43,281 nt of DNA from a virus (taxonomy: Duplodnaviria; Caudoviricetes). Where the stretch lies: the IMG/VR virus record IMGVR_UViG_3300049926_000032, positions 1 through 43,281 of that record. One strand, written 5' to 3'. Shown here in pieces: positions 17,266-28,229 of this stretch. How positions within the stretch are numbered: position 1 is the stretch's first letter; every line of letters begins with the position of its first letter. Below the pieces are notes generated by a model. That model saw only the letters and a program-made list of their open reading frames with translations. It had not been told where the DNA came from and searched no databases. The translations under genes and the position numbers were made by a program.

Positions 17266-19521
17266 TTGGCTTTCGAGTACATAAAAGAAGCTGACCTTGC
17301 ACAACGATACAAAGATGCTCAAGCCTTTATGCTCCCCTTGTTCGAGAATCTTGACGAGTATGAGCGTATCGCTCGTAACAAGCCTCACCCCAAAATTGCT
17401 AAAGAACTACCGAAGGTAACAGATGGCACTCTAGCCGCCCTTATTCAAGAACAGCCCAAGCGCATCATCCAGCAAATCCCTACTGGTAAGATCAAAGCCA
17501 ATAGCAAGTGGCTGGAGGTTGTTGGTGGCTTCATCCTCACCAACGAGATCATCCCCAACTCGAACTCAGTGGCCGCACTCATCCAGAAGTGTTGGGCTGT
17601 CACCTCGAAGACACTGACCTATGGCGCTCAACCCGCCTTCGTGCAGTTCATCAACCGTGGCGAGTACTTTGGCACCGACTTCACCCTCCCCTACGTCAAA
17701 GATGTGTTCCTTGAGCCGGGCAAGCTGTCTGACCGTGATAGCAACGTGATCTTCATGCGGGCCTACTACCAGCCCAACCAGATCGATGCCATTATCGAGA
17801 AAGAGAAGATGCTGAAGGCTTCGGCCAAGAAGCGTAATGAACCCTACGAGTCCACTTGGGACTTGGATATGCTTGAGTCGCTGAAGACCCAGCTCAAGGA
17901 CAAAGACTCCACCGCCCTCACCCCCAACGAACGGGGCAAGGCCCAGAATGTGAAGGGCTACATCGAAATCATCCACGCCTTCCAGCGAGGCATTGGCGCT
18001 AACTTCTACTCGTTCAGCCCGGTACTCGGTGATGGCGAGAATGTGGTGCGCCGCAAGAAGAACCCCGATCCCCGTGGCTTCATCCCAATCCACTACATGT
18101 ACGCCAACATCGACCTATCCAACCCACTCGGACGGGGTAGTGTCGAAATCTCTGGTGGTATGCAGAACTTGCTCGACTCCGAGGTTCAGAGCTACCAGTA
18201 CATGCGGGCCTTGATGATGAACCCGCCGCTCATGCGCTACGGTGATGTGGTTAAGTCCACCCTTAAGTACGCACCCGGCAAGATTTGGGACATGGGTACC
18301 AGCCCCAACAACAAGGTAGAGATTGCCAAGCTAGAGAGCGCTTCGCTTCAGCAGTTCCCTCAGAACTATGGCCTCATCAAATCACAAATCCTCAACCTCA
18401 ACAGCTCCACCGACACTTCCATTAGCGCCGAGTCCGGCAACCCCGGCTTCTCGAAGACTCAGGCTGGTGTTAAGGCTACCGAGCAACGCCTTGGTGTGTC
18501 CGATAACTACATGCGCCGCCAGTTCGAGAGCTGGTTCGAGGAGATCATTGAGACGGAAATCAACCTCTACTTCGCTGAGCGCCATGGTGTGCAAGAGCTG
18601 ACGGTGGATGATGATACCGCCAACAAGCTACGCCAGATTCAGCCCGAGAGCGTTAGCCCTGAGAATGTTATCCGCATCGACTACGACTCCGAGACGGAGA
18701 AGCTTGAGTTCCAAGCCGACCCAACCTCATCCACTGCCGCCGACCAGCAGGAGCAAGTGGCTATGCTCAAGGAGCTATTGGCCGACACGAGCGCCGACCC
18801 ACAGGTGGCCTACACTCTCTCGAAGGATGGGTGGAAGTACAACAAGGGCGAAGCCTACCGTGAGATGTTTCAGAATATGGGTATCAAGAATATCGATAAG
18901 ATTATCTCCAAAATGACCGATGAGGAGGCGCAGCAAGCCGCCCAAGCCAAGCCGCCGACTGCCGACCAACCGAAGATGAGCCTGAGCTATGGTGATTTGG
19001 ATGGCAACCCACAAGCCCAGCAAGCCTACCTATCCGCCGCTGGTATCGAACTCCCACCCGAGGCGTTCCAGCAGGCCCAAGCTACCAAGGATGCAGCCAA
19101 TACGCCCGCTGCCACTCCCGATGAACACCCGGTAGTGAAGCTTATGACCTCCCTCAACATTAAGTTCACCGACTTGGGTGAAGATACCCAACGCTGGTTC
19201 GTGCAAACCGTCATGGGCGCTCCGGCTGAGGCACCATTGCCAACCGCTGTAGCCACATCTGCCAAGGCCAGCGATAGCGCTGTGAAAGTAGCTGAATTGC
19301 ACCACAAAGTTGACCAAGCAGCCTTCGATAACCAGCTAAAAGCCTCATCTGAAGCCGTAAAAGTAGCCCAACTGTCGCACCAATCCGCCGTTGCCTCCTC
19401 ACAGGCCGATCAAGCCGCTAAGTCGCACAATCTAGCGGAGACATCTGCCAAGCAGTCGCATGAATTGGCCGTTAAAGCCTCCAATAAGCCCACTCCCAAA
19501 CCTGTTGGGGCTGCTAAGTAA
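17266..19521 (+). CDS. Portal protein with long low-complexity C-terminus
   Basis: Position after TerL; size; P22-like layout; start TTG 17266 or 17254. Confidence 0.8.
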   Translation: MAFEYIKEADLAQRYKDAQAFMLPLFENLDEYERIARNKPHPKIAKELPKVTDGTLAALIQEQPKRIIQQIPTGKIKANSKWLEVVGGFILTNEIIPNSNSVAALIQKCWAVTSKTLTYGAQPAFVQFINRGEYFGTDFTLPYVKDVFLEPGKLSDRDSNVIFMRAYYQPNQIDAIIEKEKMLKASAKKRNEPYESTWDLDMLESLKTQLKDKDSTALTPNERGKAQNVKGYIEIIHAFQRGIGANFYSFSPVLGDGENVVRRKKNPDPRGFIPIHYMYANIDLSNPLGRGSVEISGGMQNLLDSEVQSYQYMRALMMNPPLMRYGDVVKSTLKYAPGKIWDMGTSPNNKVEIAKLESASLQQFPQNYGLIKSQILNLNSSTDTSISAESGNPGFSKTQAGVKATEQRLGVSDNYMRRQFESWFEEIIETEINLYFAERHGVQELTVDDDTANKLRQIQPESVSPENVIRIDYDSETEKLEFQADPTSSTAADQQEQVAMLKELLADTSADPQVAYTLSKDGWKYNKGEAYREMFQNMGIKNIDKIISKMTDEEAQQAAQAKPPTADQPKMSLSYGDLDGNPQAQQAYLSAAGIELPPEAFQQAQATKDAANTPAATPDEHPVVKLMTSLNIKFTDLGEDTQRWFVQTVMGAPAEAPLPTAVATSAKASDSAVKVAELHHKVDQAAFDNQLKASSEAVKVAQLSHQSAVASSQADQAAKSHNLAETSAKQSHELAVKASNKPTPKPVGAAK

Positions 19522-19850
19522 TGGCTGAAGATGAAACTCTCTACTCTGATGATCTACTGCCACTTGATAGCAGTATGCTCAACCTCGACCCCGATCCTGA
19601 GCAAGTCCGAGAGGAACAAGCTGAGCGCACCGAAATACTGGCCGCTGCCCCGATCCTAAACTCCTTGCTGGAATGGTTCGATAGTGAGATTGCCATGTGT
19701 GACACGCTGGAGGGCATCACCCTTGAAGCAGACAGCATCGATATCAAAGCACAACTACTGGCCCGGCAACTGCTGAAGGCCAAGCTTCAGGCTGTGAAGA
19801 ACAATCTCGAAGTGAAGAAAGATTCCTTTCTCCCTCAGTACAAGCATTAG
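19521..19850 (+). CDS. Hypothetical head-module protein
   Basis: ORF track; between portal and scaffold. Confidence 0.7.
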   Translation: MAEDETLYSDDLLPLDSSMLNLDPDPEQVREEQAERTEILAAAPILNSLLEWFDSEIAMCDTLEGITLEADSIDIKAQLLARQLLKAKLQAVKNNLEVKKDSFLPQYKH

Positions 19851-19955
19851 TATCTTCCCATATTGACTTTATTGTTATACGGTAAGAATAAGAGGTTTCC
19901 TGCCTCCACGTCCCGTCAACGGCAATAGACGTTAATTCAAAGAGGAGTGTTTGAA

Positions 19956-20771
19956 ATGGCCGATGAAGTCACTGACGTAAACCAAGCGGAGATAACTACG
20001 GATATCTTCGCAGACGAAGCGGAGAAAACCGCCCCCGAAGCCCCGTCAGCCGAAGGAACGAAAACCGAGGCATCCGCCAAGGTAGAAGGTGAGCCTGCTC
20101 CCACCGAGGAAGCAAAGCCCGCCGAAGAACCGACAGCCCCAGAACCCAAAGAAGGTGAAGAAGCCCCCCCGGAAGGCGCACCCACTGAGGAACCGAAGCC
20201 CCGAACAGCGGAAGCACGAAAAGAACAGCTTAACAACGAGATCAGAGATTTAGTCGCCAAGCGCAATCAAGCTCGGAGTGAGATTGAGGCTATCAACGCC
20301 AAAGCTTACCAAGCCGCTACGCCTGAAGAACTAATCGAACAAGGGCAAGACCCAGCTATCGCTCGGGTTATGGCTTTGGAGCAACGTCAGCAAATCGCTG
20401 AGTACAACGCTCAGGTTACAGACCTGAACGCCAACCTCAGTGTTGAAAGTCTCCAAGTGCTGAATGACTTCCCCATGTTTAATCCCGATGCTCCTGAGTA
20501 CGATCCAGCCCTCGCCAAACGAGCGGCCACGGTCTATCAGAAGGTGGCAGGAATCGAGACTGATCCTCAGACTGGACTAATCGTGTCGGCCAACGCATTG
20601 CCCTATGAGATATATAAAGCATTTGCCGAAACCCACACCGCCAGCGTCCAAAGTGGACAAGTGAATGGTCAACGGGCCGCCGAGAGAATGTTAGCCGCAA
20701 CGGACACACCTCCCAGCTCTGCCCCGAAGACCCCCAAGCTCGACCCTCTTATGGAGCTGTGGAAGGACTAG
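19956..20771 (+). CDS. Capsid scaffolding protein
   Basis: Acidic Glu/Pro-rich N-terminus; coiled coil; precedes MCP. Confidence 0.75.
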   Translation: MADEVTDVNQAEITTDIFADEAEKTAPEAPSAEGTKTEASAKVEGEPAPTEEAKPAEEPTAPEPKEGEEAPPEGAPTEEPKPRTAEARKEQLNNEIRDLVAKRNQARSEIEAINAKAYQAATPEELIEQGQDPAIARVMALEQRQQIAEYNAQVTDLNANLSVESLQVLNDFPMFNPDAPEYDPALAKRAATVYQKVAGIETDPQTGLIVSANALPYEIYKAFAETHTASVQSGQVNGQRAAERMLAATDTPPSSAPKTPKLDPLMELWKD

Positions 20772-20793
20772 GCTTTAACCCTAGGAACCAATC

Positions 20794-21633
20794 ATGGCCT
20801 CTCAAAACTACGCCTCGACTGTACTGAACCAGATCGATGAGCGTTTCCACCTTGAAGCAAAGACCAGCGATATCATTAACAAAGCCAGTGTGCGTGTAGA
20901 GTTCAACGGTAAGAACTCCGTGACCTTCTACAACGTAAACGTGGTTGCTGAGCAAGACTACGTTCGTAGCGGTACCAACCGTTTCGGTGCGCTAGTTGAG
21001 CTTGGTGACGGTGTTACCACTTGGACTCTCTCTCAGGACAAGGGGTTTACCTTCTCGGTAGACCGTGGAAACCTCGAAGACAGCCAAATGGTCACTGAGG
21101 CCAACAAAGCCGTTAAGCGCCAGATTCGTGAGGTATCGATCCCCACTACTGACATTTACCGCCTGACTGTGGCCCAAGCTTACGCTGTCGCCAACTCGCA
21201 GACTGCCACTGCCGCCCTGTCCACATCCAACGCCTACAACAAGTTCTTGGCTCAGAACGATGCCATGACCGATGCGAAGGTGCCGGAGACTGGCCGCCAC
21301 TGCTTCATGTCAGCCGCTACCTACTCGCTCCTTAAGCAAGACTCGACCTTCAACAAGGCTTGTGACACCGCTTACCAGGACTTGAAGAAGGGTGTGATCG
21401 GAATGGTGGATGGCGTTATGCTCCACAAGGTTCCCGTCAGCTACCTCGTAGCCAACACAGGTTACTTGTTCATCCACGAAGAAGTACTCGTGTCTCCCGT
21501 TAAGTTCAACTCCGTTCGTGTTTTGACCGATGTACAAGGTATCGATGGTGCTGTGGCCGAAGGTCGCCGCTACTACGACTGCTTTGTTCAGCCCAACCGT
21601 GGCATCGGCATCCGAGCGCACATGACCGCCTAA
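20794..21633 (+). CDS. Major capsid protein (HK97 fold)
   Basis: SQDKGFTFSVDRGN, KVPETGR, GVIGMVDGV, EGRRYYDCFV; position. Confidence 0.85.
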   Translation: MASQNYASTVLNQIDERFHLEAKTSDIINKASVRVEFNGKNSVTFYNVNVVAEQDYVRSGTNRFGALVELGDGVTTWTLSQDKGFTFSVDRGNLEDSQMVTEANKAVKRQIREVSIPTTDIYRLTVAQAYAVANSQTATAALSTSNAYNKFLAQNDAMTDAKVPETGRHCFMSAATYSLLKQDSTFNKACDTAYQDLKKGVIGMVDGVMLHKVPVSYLVANTGYLFIHEEVLVSPVKFNSVRVLTDVQGIDGAVAEGRRYYDCFVQPNRGIGIRAHMTA

Positions 21634-21652
21634 TCAACTAAGGAGCTTTTAC

Positions 21653-21937
21653 ATGGATAACAACCTGCCGAAAGGCATATCAGGGGAGCGCAGCAACGGC
21701 CCAACTAACCGACCCGGTGTTTATCGCCACAAGGACTCAGGCCACGAGATCATCACCTCGGCGGCTGACGGTGGCACGTTGCAGGAAGGCACTACCCAAG
21801 CTGATGCTCTCGTAAGAGTCGGGTATGTCCGTGTCGGTGAAGCCAAGAGCCGGGAAGAACTGCTGAAAATGCAGCAAGACCAGCTTGCCAAGGACAAGGC
21901 CGAAGCCCCCAAAGACGAGAAGAAGTCCGAGAAGTAA
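21653..21937 (+). CDS. Hypothetical virion-module protein
   Basis: ORF track; AAGGAG SD. Confidence 0.7.
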   Translation: MDNNLPKGISGERSNGPTNRPGVYRHKDSGHEIITSAADGGTLQEGTTQADALVRVGYVRVGEAKSREELLKMQQDQLAKDKAEAPKDEKKSEK

Positions 21938-21961
21938 CTACTAATCAAAGGAGCCTTTTAA

Positions 21962-22387
21962 ATGGCAAACCAAGCTAACACAGCAGCCTACCGTGGTTCT
22001 GACGGAACCATGTGGGTGAACGTGGACTCTGACAAGACCCTTACACTTGCAGATTCCGGCTACACTCAGAACGTCATTGCTGACGGTAAGATCGTTTCAG
22101 TCCCCGCCACCGCTACTCAGGGTGAGTGGTTCATTCGAGCCGGAGGTGTTCCGATTACGGGTGCGCCCGCTGGTACAGGCACCGATGCTTCGATGGCCCT
22201 TAACATCAGCCCGGTAGCCGCCGACCAGATTCAGGGTGGCCCCACTGGTTCAGCCGTGGACAACAAGGACATCATCTTGACGAAAGCCACGATGAAAGTT
22301 GGAGACTTCGCTGTGATCCAGAACACCGGGGAAACCAACGGCCCGCTCGTTACCTCCTTCCGAGGTATCTGGACACGAGAGGCGTAA
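21962..22387 (+). CDS. Putative capsid decoration protein
   Basis: Beta-rich; after MCP; strong SD. Confidence 0.55.
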   Translation: MANQANTAAYRGSDGTMWVNVDSDKTLTLADSGYTQNVIADGKIVSVPATATQGEWFIRAGGVPITGAPAGTGTDASMALNISPVAADQIQGGPTGSAVDNKDIILTKATMKVGDFAVIQNTGETNGPLVTSFRGIWTREA

Positions 22388-22409
22388 GCTTCTCAGGCCC
22401 ACTACGGAT

Positions 22410-22431
22410 GGCTCCCTTCGGGGAGCCTTTC
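22410..22431 (+). terminator. Intrinsic terminator
   Basis: GGCTCCC-TTCG-GGGAGCC-TTT. Confidence 0.8.
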
Positions 22432-22502
22432 TGTTGAGCCTAGATTTGACAATGCTTGTGCTTGTAATGCAGAATTGAAATATTAAGTAAGTGAGGGCTT
22501 CA

Positions 22503-22823
22503 ATGCCAAAGGAACTTGTTCTACACGAAGGCCAGTTGGCGGAGAAAATCGTCACCGAGTCATACCAAGTAATCGAGCTAGGTCAGCTTGAGGCGGAAGT
22601 GAACTCTCACCAATCCACCGTGGACAGCTTGACTCAGCAAATTGAGACGTTGACCACTCAGCGTTCCGAGGCTGAGGCGGCCTTGGAGGATTCAAAAAGC
22701 AACTTTGAAGCAGGTAAGGCTTTGGTGGAAGTCCCAGCCGATCCCGCCGCCGAGGGCGAGGGAGAAGATGGAGCAAGCGAGCCGTCAACGGATGGTGTGG
22801 CGGAACCAAACACCGACTTTTAG
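22503..22823 (+). CDS. Acidic coiled-coil protein with own promoter and terminator
   Basis: TTGACA upstream; terminator ~22868-22905. Confidence 0.65.
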   Translation: MPKELVLHEGQLAEKIVTESYQVIELGQLEAEVNSHQSTVDSLTQQIETLTTQRSEAEAALEDSKSNFEAGKALVEVPADPAAEGEGEDGASEPSTDGVAEPNTDF

Positions 22824-23013
22824 GACAAAGGTTGACCTTAATAGGTACTTCGTGAATCCAAAACCCGTAAGAGAGCCTGCATATCGCTAGGCTCTCTTTA
22901 CTTTTGAGGACTTTACACAATGGATAAGCCCAAGCATAATGGCTTTAATGGCCCGGACTATACTACTCTTGGCTCTCATACTAAGCGCCCTCCTCGGGGC
23001 TAACGGAGATAAC

Positions 23014-23886
23014 ATGGCAGATTCGTTCGCACTACCGAAACCTTTGAGCGCCTACGGGTTGGCCCCGGAGCAAAACGCTGAACTACTAAGCCCTGCTATC
23101 GCCGCCCCCCTGATCGATCCCGCTGAAGCCGCCCGAGCCGCTAACCAAGCTGCCAACGATGCCGCTGTGAACGCCGGAATTGGTCGCCTCGATCAGCAAG
23201 GCTCTATCGGAAGCCAGAACATTCTCAACTCCTACAACTCAGCCCTAGCTCGGCTTACCGGGCAGAAGCAGGCTGACATTCAGGGTATCGCCAACAACCG
23301 CTTGCAACAGCAGCAGGGCAACCAAGTAGCTCGGGACAACATCGGTGCGGGTGTGCGTAACACCAACCAGAGCTTGCTTCGCTTGCTCGGCGCTCACGGC
23401 TCGGGCAACTCCAGTGCCTCTCAAATCCTCGCTCCCTTCGCCGCCGCTTCACAGGGCAACCAGCAACGATCACAGGTTCAGCAGGCATACGGCCAGAACA
23501 TGAGCGCTCTGGATCAGAACGAACTCAACACCAACCTCGGCTACGACAACAGCTTCGGCCAGCTTGCCAATGACCGACAGACTCAGGAGCAACAGTTGCA
23601 GTCGCAGCTCGGCCAGTCACGGGCCTCCCTGCTTAGCCAGCGCTCTGATGCCAACAACAACCAGACCGCTATTCAGCAAATCCTCGACAGCATTACTCAG
23701 CTCGGCCTCAACCCCACCTTCACCCCCAAGGCTCCTACGGTGGCTGCCCCTGATCTGCAAAAGTACGCCTACGATCAAACAGGTGCGCCGAAGCTTGGTA
23801 ACTCGAATGTCAGTGATGCCGCTGCTCTTGCCGCTGGCCCCTTCCTCAGCTTGCTAACGGGACAGAAGAAACAACTAGGAGCCTAA
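23014..23886 (+). CDS. Gln/Asn/Ala-rich helical internal virion (ejection/pilot-like) protein
   Basis: Composition and position; ATG 23014 with GGAG SD. Confidence 0.6.
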   Translation: MADSFALPKPLSAYGLAPEQNAELLSPAIAAPLIDPAEAARAANQAANDAAVNAGIGRLDQQGSIGSQNILNSYNSALARLTGQKQADIQGIANNRLQQQQGNQVARDNIGAGVRNTNQSLLRLLGAHGSGNSSASQILAPFAAASQGNQQRSQVQQAYGQNMSALDQNELNTNLGYDNSFGQLANDRQTQEQQLQSQLGQSRASLLSQRSDANNNQTAIQQILDSITQLGLNPTFTPKAPTVAAPDLQKYAYDQTGAPKLGNSNVSDAAALAAGPFLSLLTGQKKQLGA

Positions 23887-23887
23887 C

Positions 23888-26800
23888 ATGGCAGACCTCC
23901 TAAACTGGCTGGGTTCAGGAATCGATAAGATTGTCCCCGGCGATCAGTCGTATCTTCACCCTAAGAAGCCACAACCAGCCCCCATATCAGATGCCTCCCG
24001 TATGACCGCTGCTAACATCGGGCGGGCGGTTGGCTATGGTAACTCGAACTCCACTCAGCCCTATTCACCTCCGATGGTACGCCCCACTCCGTCTTCTTTT
24101 GATGTATCCAGAATGAGGGTTCAGCCTCAGCTCCCACCCCAACAAAGCTTCGGCTCCAAGGCTCTCGGGGTGGCCGGAGGAGTAGGGAACATGCTGCTCG
24201 GTGACGTGAACCACTTGGCGAAGGTTATCTCCTACCCCATTAACACAGCGCAATATCAGGACATGGCCCGCAAAGGCCAGATCACTCAAGAGCAAGCCGC
24301 TCAGCTCATCAACCAAGCAGGTGATGAGGCCGGATTCAACATTCAGGATAAGGGCGGAACGGTGCTTCGTAAGAGCGCCGGGGCTGTCGCTATGCCTACC
24401 GCCACCATACTCACCGCTGGAACCTACGGCCCTGCCGCTGCCGGGTTGAAGGGGCTTCAGCTCGGGAAGGCGCTGCCAAGCGTAGCCGCTGGCATGAAGG
24501 GGCTGTCCCTCGCTCAACAAACTATTAAGGGTGCGAAGACCGTGGCTCCTATCGGTGCCGGATTCGGTGCGATCCAGACTCTCGGCCAGAAAGACCCCAT
24601 CACAGCTCAAGACGCTGCTCTCAATATTGGAGGCGGCGCTTTGGGTGGTGCGCTGCTTGGTGGGGCCACTCCTCTCGGTGTGGCCGCTGGTAAGGCGGGG
24701 CTGAAGGCTGCTACTCAGGGCATTGAAACTCTCGCCAAGAACGCCACTAAACTCAATGGCAAGCTCGGAGAGGCCGGATCGATCAAGCTCCCCGGCAAGT
24801 CGGTAGAGCCTATGACCCCCACCACTGAGGACATTGCCAAGTTCAAGTCAGTCGAAGACTTCTCCAAGGCCCACCCAGACATTGAACAGTTCATGGGTAA
24901 GGATGGGATGAAGGAGCTATTCAACGCTGCCAAAGCAGCTCCGGCCCGTGGTGGCAACCAATACGCTATCGAGCAAGCCATGGCTAAGGGCGATATGAAG
25001 GCCGCTCAGAAGCTATTCGATGCTCTCCCTGCCAATGATCCCTACCGAGCCTCCATGTCAGGGACTTCCCTCGCTCCCAAGGGTGTGCCAACTGGTGTGC
25101 CGGAGAGCGTTAATACCAACCTCGCCGCTAAAGTCTACGCCAAGCAAAATGGCCTGCCTGCACCACTACCCGCTCCTGTCGCCCCAACAGCTCAGGCCAA
25201 AGGCGCTATGAACTTGTTCAACAATCTCAAGAGTGAGAGCGGAAAGCTCGATCTGTCGGCCAAAGTGGGTGGCAAAACCCCACCTCCCGCCGTACCAAAA
25301 GCCAAACTACCCACTATTCCTGATACGGGCAAGGTTCGTGGCTTGACCAAGGGTATTAAGGGTTCGCCAAACTTCAGCCCCGAGCTTCAGAAAGCCGTGA
25401 ACTCGAAGTACGCTCCAGCTACCGACAAAGCCGCCCTCGAAGCCAACGCCAAGTTCTTGAAGCAAGGCGTGAATAAGGCTAACAAGCAGGCTATCTCAGT
25501 GCTGTCCGACAAGAATAGCAACATCGGCAAGCAGGAGGTGGTGAACTTTGGTAAGACCATTCAAGAACTGGATGCCAAGGGCCGCACCGAGGAAGCCAAC
25601 GCTATCCACGACCTCCTAGCTGAGCGTCTGACCCAAGCCGGGCAAACCTCACAGGCGGCCAAACTCCTCTATAACCGCACCCCCGAAGGGCTGAAGAACA
25701 TGGCCTTCCGTGATCTTCGTAATGCCAAGGTGGAGATTACTCCCGCAATTAAGGCCGAGATCGAAGGCCACATTAAGGCAATCAAAGCGCTACCAGACGG
25801 TGAAGCCAAGAACTTCGCCACCGCCGTCATGCAAAAGGCTGTCTCCAAGTACCTGCCACAAGATAAAATCGGCCAAGCCGTGAGCGTGTGGAAGGCTGGC
25901 TTGCTGAGTGGCGTGAAGACCCAAGGTGGTAACTTTGAATCCAACGCCACCTTTGCCGGGCTGAAGAAAGGCTCGGATGTGGTCGCCACAGGGGTAGATA
26001 AGCTCCTCTCACTCAAGACGGGCCAGCGTACCAAAACCTTCACTCTTAAGGGTATCGGAGCCGGGGCCAAAGAGGGCGTGAAGAAGGGTGCCATTACCAT
26101 GAAAACTGGTATCGACATGCGTAATATCGACAAATACGAGCAACACGCTGAGCTGAACTTCGGCAACAAGTGGATGAATCGCCTAATCGCTAAGCCCTCG
26201 AACCTTGTTTTCCGGGGCATGAGCGCTGCCGACCAACCCTTCTGGTACGCCGGGCTGAAGAACTCGCTTTATGACCAAGCCAAGGCCGATGGTATTAACC
26301 TCGGGCTGAAGGGCAAAGAGCTGACCGCTCACATGGAGAAGCTGGTACAGAATCCGACTGAGAAGATGGCTGCCGTGGCCGAGAAGGAAGCCAACAAATC
26401 CACACTGGCTTACGACACGATGGGCTTTAAGGCCATATCCTTCATCCACCGAGGCATAGATAGCTTTACGGCGGCCTCACCATCGGAGAGAGCCGCAGCC
26501 CACGCCGTAGTGAACGTACTCGCTCCGTTTACGAAGGTACCGACAGCCTTCCTTAGCCGTACCGTGGACTTCACCCCGCTTGGCCCGATCAAAGAGCTTT
26601 GGTCGCAAATTGGTCACAAGCAGTTCGATCAGCGCCAGCTCTCGCAGGCCATTGGTGAGGGCGTGACTGGTACGGGCATGGTAGCTATTGGTATGGCTCT
26701 ATCTCGTCAACGGATGCTTTCGGGCGATTACCCAAAGAATGATGCTAAAGAACAAGCCCGCTGGAGAACTGAACACATCACCGCCAACTCTGTGAAGCTA

Positions 26801-28192
26801 GGTGGCACATGGGTATCTCTCAACTACATGGGGCCAATCGGCTTGTTGTTCAATGCTGGCAACCAGATGGTGCAGGCCGAAAAGAGTGGTGGTGGTGCTT
26901 ATGAGAAGGCAGGAGCGGCGCTGGCCGGACTCGGGCAGGGGTTGCTTGGTCAATCATTCTTGCAGGGCTTCAGCGGCTTCTCGGACGCTATCAAAGACCC
27001 CGAGCAAAACCTGAGCAAATGGATTTACTCGCAGGCTGGATCGGTAGTACCCAACATCGTCAACGATGCCCGCAACCTTACTGACAATATGCAGCGCCAA
27101 GTGAACTCGGCGGGTGATGCGATTATCAATAAACTCCCCGGCTTCAGCAAAAACCTACCGGCTAAGGTGGGTGCCTTCGGTGAAGACCTCCCCAATAACA
27201 GCTCGGGCTTCAGCTCTCTCAACCCGCTCAAGCCCTCCGACAGCGTTGATAGCCCGTTGCTCAGCGAATTGAACCGTCTCGGTACTACCGGGAAGGAGAA
27301 CGCTGTCTTCCCCGTGGCCGACAAGAACCTCGGAAGCGGTACAGACCTCGTAAAGCTCACCCCCGCTCAAGTCACCCAGCGCCAGAAGCTCGTAGGTGAA
27401 CAGATCAAGCCACTGTGGGAGCAAATCACCACCTCCCCCGGCTACGCCAAGCTCGATGATGGTCACAAGGCGCAAGCTCTCAAGAACGCCCTGACGGATG
27501 TGAACTCAGCCGTGACTCGAACCATGCAAGCGCAGATTGCCCCAGCCCTCAACACTAAGCCCGCCACGGGTAACACGGCCCTGATCCTTGACGGACACAC
27601 CCCCTCAGCCGAGAGTTATGTGAACAAAGCCCTCGCCTCGGGTTCTGGCACCTCCGGCCAGACTCCAGCTCAGAAGTACCTCACGAACCTGACGAACTAC
27701 AAGAACGCCAAGGCTGCTGGCACTCTGACTGGCCCCAAGCTCTACGCCACCGAGCAATCGCTAGCCAAGGAAGCGATCACCTCCAAGTACTCGCAGGACG
27801 TTCTCGACTTCTACTCCATGAGCAAAACCGAAGCCGCCGCCTACTTCGCCTCCAACCCCGAGCAAGCCAAGAGTCTCTACGCACAAGCTCAGGCGCTCGA
27901 TAGACAGCTCGGTGGTACCAAGTACAAGTACGGCCTCGACCCCAAGCCCAAGAAGGCGAGAGTCGCCAAGAAGCTTCCCAAGGCTATTAACTCACCGAAG
28001 ATCAGCAAGCTGGTGAGTGGCCTGAAGGTCAGCTATAAGGCTCCGAAACTCCCCAAGATTGCCAAGGCAAAAGTGGCCGCTCTGCCGAAGATAAAGGCAA
28101 GCGCTATCAAAGTGACCAAGGGTAAGAGCGTGGCGGTTAAACCTCAGAAAATTGCTATTCCCAAGGTAAAGGGATTCAAGGGATACGCTTGA
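23888..28192 (+). CDS. Large internal virion / DNA-ejection protein (1434 aa) with Lys/Pro-rich C-terminal tail
   Basis: Gly/Ala-rich hydrophobic stretches; position in podovirus-like module. Confidence 0.65.
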   Translation: MADLLNWLGSGIDKIVPGDQSYLHPKKPQPAPISDASRMTAANIGRAVGYGNSNSTQPYSPPMVRPTPSSFDVSRMRVQPQLPPQQSFGSKALGVAGGVGNMLLGDVNHLAKVISYPINTAQYQDMARKGQITQEQAAQLINQAGDEAGFNIQDKGGTVLRKSAGAVAMPTATILTAGTYGPAAAGLKGLQLGKALPSVAAGMKGLSLAQQTIKGAKTVAPIGAGFGAIQTLGQKDPITAQDAALNIGGGALGGALLGGATPLGVAAGKAGLKAATQGIETLAKNATKLNGKLGEAGSIKLPGKSVEPMTPTTEDIAKFKSVEDFSKAHPDIEQFMGKDGMKELFNAAKAAPARGGNQYAIEQAMAKGDMKAAQKLFDALPANDPYRASMSGTSLAPKGVPTGVPESVNTNLAAKVYAKQNGLPAPLPAPVAPTAQAKGAMNLFNNLKSESGKLDLSAKVGGKTPPPAVPKAKLPTIPDTGKVRGLTKGIKGSPNFSPELQKAVNSKYAPATDKAALEANAKFLKQGVNKANKQAISVLSDKNSNIGKQEVVNFGKTIQELDAKGRTEEANAIHDLLAERLTQAGQTSQAAKLLYNRTPEGLKNMAFRDLRNAKVEITPAIKAEIEGHIKAIKALPDGEAKNFATAVMQKAVSKYLPQDKIGQAVSVWKAGLLSGVKTQGGNFESNATFAGLKKGSDVVATGVDKLLSLKTGQRTKTFTLKGIGAGAKEGVKKGAITMKTGIDMRNIDKYEQHAELNFGNKWMNRLIAKPSNLVFRGMSAADQPFWYAGLKNSLYDQAKADGINLGLKGKELTAHMEKLVQNPTEKMAAVAEKEANKSTLAYDTMGFKAISFIHRGIDSFTAASPSERAAAHAVVNVLAPFTKVPTAFLSRTVDFTPLGPIKELWSQIGHKQFDQRQLSQAIGEGVTGTGMVAIGMALSRQRMLSGDYPKNDAKEQARWRTEHITANSVKLGGTWVSLNYMGPIGLLFNAGNQMVQAEKSGGGAYEKAGAALAGLGQGLLGQSFLQGFSGFSDAIKDPEQNLSKWIYSQAGSVVPNIVNDARNLTDNMQRQVNSAGDAIINKLPGFSKNLPAKVGAFGEDLPNNSSGFSSLNPLKPSDSVDSPLLSELNRLGTTGKENAVFPVADKNLGSGTDLVKLTPAQVTQRQKLVGEQIKPLWEQITTSPGYAKLDDGHKAQALKNALTDVNSAVTRTMQAQIAPALNTKPATGNTALILDGHTPSAESYVNKALASGSGTSGQTPAQKYLTNLTNYKNAKAAGTLTGPKLYATEQSLAKEAITSKYSQDVLDFYSMSKTEAAAYFASNPEQAKSLYAQAQALDRQLGGTKYKYGLDPKPKKARVAKKLPKAINSPKISKLVSGLKVSYKAPKLPKIAKAKVAALPKIKASAIKVTKGKSVAVKPQKIAIPKVKGFKGYA

Positions 28193-28229
28193 GCTTATCT
28201 GCTATGATTAAACGCAAAGGAATCCGCTT

